Shown here one piece after another: positions 1-9,127 of a stretch of 39,295 nt of DNA. Position 1 is the stretch's first letter. Every line of letters begins with the position of its first letter. The stretch is taken from the IMG/VR virus record IMGVR_UViG_3300048891_000021, positions 1 to 39,295 of that record; one strand, written 5' to 3'. Position numbers and translations under genes: made by a program. The notes beneath the pieces are model-generated. The model saw only the letters and a list, made by a program, of their open reading frames with translations. It did not search any database and was not told where the DNA came from. Origin of the DNA: a virus (lineage: Duplodnaviria > Caudoviricetes).

Positions 1-2
1 CC

Positions 3-89
3 GGCAATGGTTCGGAGTGTATTAGTGTTATTGATGTGGATGCGTTGATTGAATTAATTGATCGTTGGATATTTAATGATAAATCATAA
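3..89 (+). CDS. 3' end of a hypothetical protein (partial)
   Basis: Open frame from the window edge: GNGSECISVIDVDALIELIDRWIFNDKS-TAA(87-89). Confidence 0.5.
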   Translation, partial: GNGSECISVIDVDALIELIDRWIFNDKS

Positions 90-190
90 ACCTTGCGCCT
101 AATCCTGCTAACCAAGAAGATGCCGACGGATGCTGTGCTAAATGTCATGGCGAAGAACCGATCTGTGCTTTTTGCAGAGCAAATGATGAT

Positions 191-553
191 ATGACACTAA
201 ATAAACCATGGTGGGATAATAAAGAGTATATGCGGAAGGCGCATCCGAGCGAACGGTTTTGCTCACATGACTTCCGTGATCCGGAATACCATTTCGACAT
301 CCCCGCCCTCCTCGCCGAGCAACGGAGGAGAACGATTGAGGAGGCGAAAAAGACTTTAGCGGAGATGATTCCTAATCCCCGTACGGATACTGTAATGGAC
401 GATTTTGAGAAGGAAACAATTCCCACTTTAGACGACATCAAAGGTGTGATAAAATCTAAATATTATAAAATGGATGTGTCCAAAAGTCTATTCCGTCAAG
501 GTTATAACGAGGCAATAGATGACATTTTATCCGCGCTAGAGAAAGGGATATGA
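191..553 (+). CDS. Hypothetical protein (may start upstream at ATA 86)
   Basis: 120-aa ORF with ATGA overlap to the next gene; shares the DIPAxxAExRRRxxEEAK motif with 839-1192. Confidence 0.75.
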   Translation: MTLNKPWWDNKEYMRKAHPSERFCSHDFRDPEYHFDIPALLAEQRRRTIEEAKKTLAEMIPNPRTDTVMDDFEKETIPTLDDIKGVIKSKYYKMDVSKSLFRQGYNEAIDDILSALEKGI

Positions 554-834
554 AATTCGTATATCTAGTGAACTCTGATCTAGGAATGTCCTCCGGTAAA
601 ATCGCCGCACAAATTGCCCACGCTTCTTTTGAAGTATCACTTAATGAAGAAAACTTCCATTCACCAGTCATTGTTTTGGATGCCACACAGAAGCAAATGC
701 TTGAACATTCTTCCGAAGCCATCGCAATAGTGCGGGATGCTGGGAAGACAGAGGTACCAGAAGGTTCACTTACCGTAATGGTGTTCGCTCTAAACGATGA
801 TGATGATAGATTTAATCATATGAGCCTGCTTTAA
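550..834 (+). CDS. pth2: Peptidyl-tRNA hydrolase, Pth2 family
   Basis: Motifs VNSDLGMSSGKIAAQIAHAS and VRDAGKTEVPEGSLTV match the Pth2 (archaeal/eukaryotic-type) signature. Confidence 0.88.
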   Translation: MKFVYLVNSDLGMSSGKIAAQIAHASFEVSLNEENFHSPVIVLDATQKQMLEHSSEAIAIVRDAGKTEVPEGSLTVMVFALNDDDDRFNHMSLL

Positions 835-838
835 CCCT

Positions 839-1192
839 ATGCTCCCTGAACCTGGTGAAATGATGGGAGAGTACGAAAAATGGCGGAAGGAGTTGGCCAA
901 ACAAACTTTCTGTTGGAGATGCGGTCTTAAATGGGGAGATGTTGGCTTTCCAGAATGTTGGACGGAGGAACACGGTCAGCATGTATCTCATGATCGCGTT
1001 CTTCGCTTTGAAGACATCCCCGCCATTATCGCCGAAGCTAGACGACGCGCGCTGGAGGAGGCGAAGGAATATATCAAGTCCAAAATGAGGGACTTTGTAA
1101 CGGGCTGTCACCTGCCAGACGAGTGTGGATGCTGTGACCCCGATGCTACGCCAGTAATACCTTGGCTAACTCAACTTCAAGAAGAGAAATGA
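839..1192 (+). CDS. Hypothetical Cys-rich protein
   Basis: 117 aa with CWRC and ECGCC; paralogous motif with 191-553; ATGA overlap downstream. Confidence 0.7.
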   Translation: MLPEPGEMMGEYEKWRKELAKQTFCWRCGLKWGDVGFPECWTEEHGQHVSHDRVLRFEDIPAIIAEARRRALEEAKEYIKSKMRDFVTGCHLPDECGCCDPDATPVIPWLTQLQEEK

Positions 1193-1560
1193 TTGTAATC
1201 GGACAAAAATACGGACGGCTTACGGCTGTCCGTTTGGTAGATGAAGCCCGTCCTTGGCACGGATGGGTTTTCAAATGCGATTGTGGGAACGAGTGCCAAA
1301 AGAATGGGGGCTATGTCGAGCGTGGTAACACGAAATCCTGTGGGTGCCTTATGCGAGAAGCGAATGAACGAAAGCAGTCACGGGCCACTCGCACGTTTAC
1401 CTACGGCGATGAAACCCACAGCCAAGCGGAATGGGCACGGTTGCTTAATCTTTCCCGTGAACGGGTGCGCCAGCTCCATAACGCCAATCGCCTCGAAAGC
1501 TACATCAAGGAGTATCGGTTTATGCGGGATTTGAAGGCTAAAAAGTTATCCCCAGAATGA
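1189..1560 (+). CDS. Protein with HNH/AP2-associated Zn-binding domains, no intact HNH core seen
   Basis: IGQKYGRLTAV...WVFKCDCGNE...SCGCL and FTYGDETHSQAEWARLLNLS, modules typical of phage homing-endonuclease proteins. Confidence 0.7.
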   Translation: MIVIGQKYGRLTAVRLVDEARPWHGWVFKCDCGNECQKNGGYVERGNTKSCGCLMREANERKQSRATRTFTYGDETHSQAEWARLLNLSRERVRQLHNANRLESYIKEYRFMRDLKAKKLSPE

Positions 1561-1561
1561 C

Positions 1562-1590
1562 TTGCGCTTCCAAAATTCCTACGCTAATGT
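1562..1590 (+). promoter_or_regulatory. Putative sigma70 promoter
   Basis: TTGCGC-17 nt-TAATGT in the intergenic gap before 1643. Confidence 0.4.
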
Positions 1591-1642
1591 CGTATCAAGC
1601 TAGACTATTAAAACCTAGCATATCATATCCATACCATGTTTT

Positions 1643-2032
1643 ATGAATAAGCTCGATATTTTAAGCCGTTTGGGTGCCATGCTCGGTGCCGAAGGTGATG
1701 GTGAAAGACACACCCCTATCTCTCGTACCGTTCCCATGACCAAGGACATGAAGGAAGCGTGGAAAGCTATACAAAAGGAATCGGAGGAGTTGTCGGACGA
1801 GGTAGTTGAAACGTATCGCCGCCTTTATGAGAAGGTGCAGAAGTATGACTATCGTCGCGCTCGTTTCTGGGTCGAGGTTAAGGCGGAACTAAAGGAGTTC
1901 GGCGACCTTAGCATTGATGACAAGCGTGGTGTCGTGAACATCCACGAAGACCTTTTTGGAAAGTTCGCCAGTGACAAAAAGCCACGCGCTAAAAACCTCA
2001 TGTCTCTCATGGACCTCGATGACGAAAAGTAG
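1643..2032 (+). CDS. Hypothetical protein
   Basis: 129-aa ORF, helical and charged, 3 nt before the next start. Confidence 0.75.
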   Translation: MNKLDILSRLGAMLGAEGDGERHTPISRTVPMTKDMKEAWKAIQKESEELSDEVVETYRRLYEKVQKYDYRRARFWVEVKAELKEFGDLSIDDKRGVVNIHEDLFGKFASDKKPRAKNLMSLMDLDDEK

Positions 2033-2035
2033 CAT

Positions 2036-3277
2036 ATGGACCCTCTAGAAGAGGCAGAAGAAATAATGCGGATGATAGTATCTGACGCTAAGAAACGTCA
2101 GATGTACCGTACCTATCAGCCGCTTACTTCCGGTAATTGGTCCGTTGTCCAACCTAACATACCATCTACAAACAGTGTGCCCCCTCGAAAATTGCGTTTC
2201 AAAATAGGTGATGAAGTGGTCCTCCTGTCGAATGGACCCACCATGTTTCCCGTTAATGTAGCTAATCCGTACTTCCCTGATGTCGATGACGGCAAAGGGA
2301 TGCCTATCGTAGGCATCTGCTGCCAAAACGAGGCGGTGGATGTGCCCGACCATGAATTTCCTGTTCAATGGTCAAATAGAATGATCGGAGTCTATCCATC
2401 CACATCGCCGGAGCTGATGCTCCATTCGGAATGGAAAAAGCTCTATACAGAAGACCGGAAGCGTTTATCCGACCGTAAGATCGACGATAAAGAACTCGAC
2501 CGTGTTGTTATGAGCGTGGAAAACCGCAACGCCATTGTTGCGGTGTTAAAGCAGCACATCCACCAAGACAAAATCTTCAACAAGTGGGGGATGGGCAAGG
2601 TCATCGAGTACGGTAAAGGTATGACCATGCTTTTCTGGGGACCTCCTGGTACTGGTAAGACATGGACGGCCACCTGTTTGGCCAAAGCTATCGGCCGAGA
2701 GTTGCTCGTCATGGACAACGCCATGCTCCAGTCATCTACTCCAGGTGAGATGGAACGCAACGTAAAGCAGGCGTTCAAAGACGCAAAGAGCAAACACAAG
2801 GTTCTCCTGTTCGATGAATGTGATTCGTTGCTTTCGTCCCGCTCGAATGTCGGCATGATTCTCGGTTCGCATATCAACACGCTCTTGCGTGAAATCGAAC
2901 TCTTCGAAGGAATCTGTATCATGACCACCAACCGCATTGGTGAACTTGATGAAGCCCTTGAGCGCCGTCTGTCGCTGGTGCTGGAGTTTCCGGCTCCGAC
3001 CAAAGATCAGCTCAAGGTCATCTGGCAGAAGTTCTTGCCGGATACGCTTCCCTTGAACAAGGACGTGGACATCGAAGAGATGATTGAATGGGAATTGACC
3101 GGAGGTTTAGTAAAGAACGTAGTCCTGAACGCTGTCCGTTTCGCTGTATCCGATGACAAAGAAGAAGTCTCTATGTCTCACTTCCGTCGTGCGGCGAAGC
3201 TCACCGGTAAAAGTATGGTGGCGTTCGAGACACCAAGCCGCGCTCCGCGCACGGTCGGATTAGTCCATAATCAATAG
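2036..3277 (+). CDS. AAA+ ATPase (classic AAA clade)
   Basis: Walker A GPPGTGKT, Walker B LLFDECD, sensor MTTN and second-region-of-homology LDEALERR. Confidence 0.92.
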   Translation: MDPLEEAEEIMRMIVSDAKKRQMYRTYQPLTSGNWSVVQPNIPSTNSVPPRKLRFKIGDEVVLLSNGPTMFPVNVANPYFPDVDDGKGMPIVGICCQNEAVDVPDHEFPVQWSNRMIGVYPSTSPELMLHSEWKKLYTEDRKRLSDRKIDDKELDRVVMSVENRNAIVAVLKQHIHQDKIFNKWGMGKVIEYGKGMTMLFWGPPGTGKTWTATCLAKAIGRELLVMDNAMLQSSTPGEMERNVKQAFKDAKSKHKVLLFDECDSLLSSRSNVGMILGSHINTLLREIELFEGICIMTTNRIGELDEALERRLSLVLEFPAPTKDQLKVIWQKFLPDTLPLNKDVDIEEMIEWELTGGLVKNVVLNAVRFAVSDDKEEVSMSHFRRAAKLTGKSMVAFETPSRAPRTVGLVHNQ

Positions 3278-3285
3278 TCCTATGT

Positions 3286-3645
3286 ATGAAAAACACGGGA
3301 AGGTTTACCAGTGAAACCGCAAAAATCCACGGCTTCAAGAAAGGTAATAAGTTAGGAAAAGCGAACTATAAAGGCGGTTGGGTGGATAAGGGCGGTTACG
3401 TTAGTGTGAATCGTGATAAACGTACGCGGATGCACCGTTATGTTATGGAACAACATCTCGGACGACCGTTACTGCGTAACGAACACGTCCACCATATTAA
3501 CGGGATCAAGACGGACAATCGGTTAGAAAATCTCGAATTATTAACGCATGGAGAACATGCACGCGAACACACCTCAAAGCGTGAACGCGATAGGTACGGC
3601 AGATTACTGCCGGTTAAACAGAAAGGAAAAGGTGATGACATATGA
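3286..3645 (+). CDS. HNH homing endonuclease
   Basis: HRYVMEQHLGRPL..EHVHHINGIKTDNRLENL..H. Confidence 0.9.
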   Translation: MKNTGRFTSETAKIHGFKKGNKLGKANYKGGWVDKGGYVSVNRDKRTRMHRYVMEQHLGRPLLRNEHVHHINGIKTDNRLENLELLTHGEHAREHTSKRERDRYGRLLPVKQKGKGDDI

Positions 3646-3878
3646 CAACGAAAGCAAACCAGATTGGTTTACCTCGTTGTCCGTGAGCGAATCACGGAGA
3701 ACCATTAGGTTTATCAAAGGCCGATATGCAACAGTCCCATGGCAGTTCCCCATGTCCGATTTCCGGCGAGATGTTCGCATGGGAAATGCGCCCAGAAAGT
3801 AGCGAAGCAAAGATGGATATTTACGGAAACATTACTTATGAAAAAGGCTATGCCGTTGAAAACAAACAAGACGGTTGA
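3642..3878 (+). pseudogene. Possible small gene interrupted by an in-frame TGA (3684-3686)
   Basis: ATG overlaps the HNH stop; reads MTTKANQIGLPRCP*ANHGEPL..CPISGEMF..ENKQDG; a competing 55-aa ORF lies at 3635-3802. Confidence 0.35.
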
Positions 3879-4230
3879 ACTGCTGGAGCAGGTGCTCGAG
3901 CGCTTGGCGACCATCGAGCGTCTCATCACGGACCGGTTCAAAGCTCCGGCTCAAGAGAAGCAAACTCTTTCCGATCTTGTGAGTAGGAATAAAATCATCG
4001 AAACGGACAAAGTCCCTGACTTCGCTGTCGAGTTCTTGGAAAATGGAAAAGCCGAAAAACGTATCGACGATATTCGCGGAGGAGTTTTCTTTTTCGAGAC
4101 AGCCGACGGTACTGATGGTGTCATGGCGTTCGGAAGTGGAGAGGCCGTCATCGATATTTTGGAGGAGGCCCCTCGTCTCCGCGAACAGACTATCAAGAAA
4201 CTTAAAAAAGCGATTGATAACCACGGATAG
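3838..4230 (+). CDS. Hypothetical protein (start 3838 or 3850)
   Basis: Distal part of track ORF 3739-4230; ATG with T at -1. Confidence 0.7.
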   Translation: MKKAMPLKTNKTVELLEQVLERLATIERLITDRFKAPAQEKQTLSDLVSRNKIIETDKVPDFAVEFLENGKAEKRIDDIRGGVFFFETADGTDGVMAFGSGEAVIDILEEAPRLREQTIKKLKKAIDNHG

Positions 4231-4233
4231 CAT

Positions 4234-4713
4234 ATGACACCAAACCTCGATAAAAAATTGCAACGTCTCCAAGACAGAATGGAAGCGATTGCCAAGGATC
4301 AAACTAATCCGCACTGGAAGTCATCCTACTTCGACATCAATACGGTTATTGCCACGCTCCTCCCGCTGTTGAAGGGAGAGAAGCTCGTCGTCAACCAACC
4401 ACTTACACACATCGAAGGAGTGCCGGCTATCGAAACCGTCGTAACGGATTCAGAGAGCGGAGAATCCTTCAGCCGCGTTGTACCGCTCATCCAAAATCCA
4501 GACCCGCAGAAATTCGGAGGTGTCATTACCTACATGCGCCGTTACGCTCTCGTCTCCATGTTCCTGATTCAGGGAGAAGAGGACGACGACGGCAATAAAG
4601 CTAGCGATGTAGCCACAAAGGTTCCATACGCTAAAAAAGGTCCGGTGTATTATAAATCCGGCTCCCAGACTCCGCGTATTGTTCCTGACGGACCAAACGG
4701 AGAACCGTTTTAA
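4234..4713 (+). CDS. erf: ERF-family single-strand annealing protein
   Basis: NPHWKSSY, PQKFGGVITYMRRYAL and EDDDGN ERF motifs. Confidence 0.88.
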   Translation: MTPNLDKKLQRLQDRMEAIAKDQTNPHWKSSYFDINTVIATLLPLLKGEKLVVNQPLTHIEGVPAIETVVTDSESGESFSRVVPLIQNPDPQKFGGVITYMRRYALVSMFLIQGEEDDDGNKASDVATKVPYAKKGPVYYKSGSQTPRIVPDGPNGEPF

Positions 4714-4729
4714 CCACTAACCATAGCAT

Positions 4730-5026
4730 ATGGAGTTGATTCAAAAAGCACGCGAGTTCCTTACCAGTCGTCCGACGACGTACTCGGACTTCTCGAACGA
4801 AGAAGTGGAACTGTTCCTTGCTTACATCGAAGGCGAAGTCACATTCGGACAGGTCAATCACGCCCTTGGCCGTTCCTACGGCTATGCGACCAACTGGTGC
4901 CGGCGTGTGACAGCGTACCTGTTCTTTATGAAGCGCCTGACGATTGAATCGTCCCTTGGCCTCATCAAATACAAACAACCTACTGAATTCAAAGTACCGT
5001 CCAAGATCAAGATTAAGACGGGTTAA
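4730..5026 (+). CDS. Hypothetical protein
   Basis: 98-aa ORF in a tightly packed operon. Confidence 0.7.
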   Translation: MELIQKAREFLTSRPTTYSDFSNEEVELFLAYIEGEVTFGQVNHALGRSYGYATNWCRRVTAYLFFMKRLTIESSLGLIKYKQPTEFKVPSKIKIKTG

Positions 5027-5035
5027 CCAACGTTT

Positions 5036-5308
5036 ATGAGCAAGCCTTACAAAGCACAACCTACGGAAGGAATTGTAGGGAACCTGTACAAGACACGAAA
5101 CATTGAGCTTGCCATCACTCTTTCCGCCCTAGGTCATCCGATCATCGGACATGAAGCGTTCGAGAGGCTCCGAATATTCATCTTCAGTAACACTCCAGAA
5201 CTCCAAGATGACATCGACGGATTTTGGAGCGAGGACCTGAAAGTGGAGCCTCGGAAACTCCTGCGCGTAAGTACCGATCTACGAAGCAAAGTTCGAGATA
5301 ACCGATAA
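5036..5308 (+). CDS. DUF5659-like protein
   Basis: YKTRNIELAITLSALG..FIFSNTPEL..IDGFW..LKVEP resembles DUF5659 (recognised by eye). Confidence 0.6.
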   Translation: MSKPYKAQPTEGIVGNLYKTRNIELAITLSALGHPIIGHEAFERLRIFIFSNTPELQDDIDGFWSEDLKVEPRKLLRVSTDLRSKVRDNR

Positions 5309-5318
5309 ACCATATCAT

Positions 5319-6149
5319 ATGAACCAATCCATTATAGATGCCCTGCTCATCTTCCTTACGGAAATCGTATTACTGACGGCATTCCTAGCCACGGTTAAAT
5401 CCGTTACCGACTTGAAGCGCAAACGTTTAGACAACGATGTTGTAAAGACGAGCTTCATCCCTACATCTGTCATTGACGATGCCTTCGAAGAGGACGAGCT
5501 GGAATACAAGCTCCCCGAAAAAACCCGATCTCTCTTAGAGAAGGCCCAAGAGTACACGCCCGCTAAAGCGTATCCGTCTGAAGGAGAGCCTTATGAAGGG
5601 GTTCACGAATATCCCTTGAAAAGAAAAAGCCAGAGACAGGGAGCATGGACTGACGAAGATATGAGGTTCTTGCGTGAAAACTACACCAAACTTAGCATAA
5701 AGGAGATTGCAGAACGTATGGGACGCTCACCTGGAGCGGTGCAACAGCAAGCCTCGATATCCAAAATCAAAAAATACCGCCCGCACGCTTCTCGTGAGGT
5801 TGGTATATCTAACCTCGGAGGCATCCTAAATAACGGATGGACGACGGATGAGATTAGCTATTTGCGGGAAAACCATGCGACAAAGACAGCTAGAGAAATG
5901 GCTCTTGAACTTGGTCGCTCTACAAAAGCTGTTGAAAACCAAATCATTCGATCTGGAATTTCCGATCCAGGAAGACGAGGGCGTAAATGGACTCCCGACG
6001 AAGTAGCTTGGCTCAAACAGAACTACCAAACGATACCGTTCGGTAGCATGTTGGCCCATTACAAAGCAGATAAAGGTTCTCTCTACACATTCCTGCGTCG
6101 AAATGGATTCCGTCTAAAAAATGGTATGGCCTTTCCTAACACCTACTAA
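5319..6149 (+). CDS. Membrane-anchored protein with three Myb/HTH-like repeats
   Basis: N-terminal hydrophobic helix; three WT(D/T/P)xExx(F/Y/W)L(R/K)xN(Y/H) repeats, two followed by EIAERMGRS or EMALELGRS. Confidence 0.75.
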   Translation: MNQSIIDALLIFLTEIVLLTAFLATVKSVTDLKRKRLDNDVVKTSFIPTSVIDDAFEEDELEYKLPEKTRSLLEKAQEYTPAKAYPSEGEPYEGVHEYPLKRKSQRQGAWTDEDMRFLRENYTKLSIKEIAERMGRSPGAVQQQASISKIKKYRPHASREVGISNLGGILNNGWTTDEISYLRENHATKTAREMALELGRSTKAVENQIIRSGISDPGRRGRKWTPDEVAWLKQNYQTIPFGSMLAHYKADKGSLYTFLRRNGFRLKNGMAFPNTY

Positions 6150-6150
6150 T

Positions 6151-6456
6151 ATGAATCTGATTAAAATCGCAGCAGCTATCTTGCAGCTCTCCGCTATCGT
6201 GATGTACGGATTCCTATTCCGTAAGTACTGGAAGCGTCACAAAACCCACTTCTCTGATTGGCGTGGAGATTTCATGAAGGCATCCGCAGAAGATAAAGAC
6301 GCACTTGGAACACTGACAGCGAATCCAATATCCATAGCTAAATGGATTGCCAACATCGGATATGAAGGTTGGTCCGCGTCCATCGATGCGCTCGTCATGC
6401 TTTCGCATGTCACCATCCTGTTAACGATAAATATGCTTTGTACCCTATTCCTATGA
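6151..6456 (+). CDS. Small membrane protein
   Basis: Two hydrophobic segments; ATGA overlap with groES. Confidence 0.7.
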   Translation: MNLIKIAAAILQLSAIVMYGFLFRKYWKRHKTHFSDWRGDFMKASAEDKDALGTLTANPISIAKWIANIGYEGWSASIDALVMLSHVTILLTINMLCTLFL

Positions 6457-6707
6457 TTCGACCATTGCGCAAACGTATCCTTGTAACGCAAGAAAAAGAA
6501 AAACCCTCCGCTTCAGGCATCCTCCTGCCTGATTCGGGAAAAGAACGTCCCGAACGTGGAGTGGTCGTTTCCGTCGGATCGGATGTCACCGACATCCCTG
6601 TAGGTTCCACCGTACTGTTCAAAAAATACGCTCCCGATGATGTCACCGTAGACGAGATCGATTATCTCGTCATCGCGGCGGATGACGTTCTAGCTGTGAT
6701 CGAATAA
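6453..6707 (+). CDS. groES: Co-chaperonin GroES
   Basis: MIRPLRKRILV..SASGILLPDS.KERP.RGVVVSVG..VLFKKY..DVLAVIE. Confidence 0.95.
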   Translation: MIRPLRKRILVTQEKEKPSASGILLPDSGKERPERGVVVSVGSDVTDIPVGSTVLFKKYAPDDVTVDEIDYLVIAADDVLAVIE

Positions 6708-8294
<1,587 letters not shown>

Positions 8295-8295
8295 T

Positions 8296-8655
8296 ATGCC
8301 TCACACTTTTGCCCAAGAGCAACTTTCCAGCAATGGTAAATGCGATATCTGCGAAAAGTGTGGATGTCTAGCCTATCGTTTGATTGGACACAACAAACAC
8401 GTTTGCGAAGATTGCCGAGCTGGACTGAATGATAACCCTAACCCTAAAACTATCACTATGAAACTCAACGCATTGGCAAATCGCTTGTTCGACAAGGATA
8501 CGAAAGCCCTTATCAAAGCCGGTCTTATGCAAACGGACGGCGACCTTACGGCTGAAGGCCGTGCGGAGTTGGATGCCATCGTTTTCTTGGCCAATAAAGA
8601 AGCGCTGGTAAAACGTGCGGAAGAACGGATTGAAGAGATGAAGGACGAAAAGTAA
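8296..8655 (+). CDS. Hypothetical protein (alternative start 8458)
   Basis: TAAtATG junction after groEL; N-terminal CxxC motifs and a helical C-terminus. Confidence 0.65.
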   Translation: MPHTFAQEQLSSNGKCDICEKCGCLAYRLIGHNKHVCEDCRAGLNDNPNPKTITMKLNALANRLFDKDTKALIKAGLMQTDGDLTAEGRAELDAIVFLANKEALVKRAEERIEEMKDEK

Positions 8656-8671
8656 GGTATGATTGTGCGGT

Positions 8672-9123
8672 GCCGTCTCTGACGGCCATCGCCGGAGGTG
8701 GTGATTGGCGTAAGCCAAAGAGTATGATCGGTCTCAAGGTATCATGTTGATCCGAGTTTCGTTTGAATGCCGTTCGGCGGCTAAATGGGCTAAGCGAAGC
8801 ATTACGAAAAGTAACTTAGTCAAAGACTGATACCCATCACCTTCTCCGGCGGTGTTGTGTGAAACGTACGCCAACATCCGTAATCTCATCCGTTTCAGCG
8901 TACCCGTGGATTCTCTACGGCAAATACTGAAAAGCACGAGTTGAGATAGCGACAAGATGAATGGTGCAGGTATAAATGGGAGCGATGAGAGAGAAATCTT
9001 GAACTGTGTAACCCAGCCATTCATCCGTCGCTTACTGGTCTTGAAGGGTTTGCGGTAACAAAATCCGCAAGATGTCTTCTACGAACAAAGACATTTCGCG
9101 AAACTTTTCAAGGCCAGCAAGCG
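8672..9123 (+). ncRNA. Large highly structured non-coding RNA of unknown family
   Basis: ORF-free gap nearly fully paired: 8687-8705/8836-8854, 8756-8765/8791-8800, 8883-8898/8927-8947, 8948-8965/9016-9032, 9029-9051/9101-9123; GNRA loops; G-U pairs favour the + strand; TATGAT at 8658-8663. Confidence 0.75.
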
Positions 9124-9127
9124 GTGT

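Noticed and set aside
8672-9123. tRNA, tmRNA, RNase P or self-splicing intron identity for the structured RNA
   Set aside because: No TTCRA T-loop with CCA end, no GAGGAAAGTCC, no recognisable group I core or group II domain V, and it does not interrupt a gene; a divergent member cannot be excluded without covariance models
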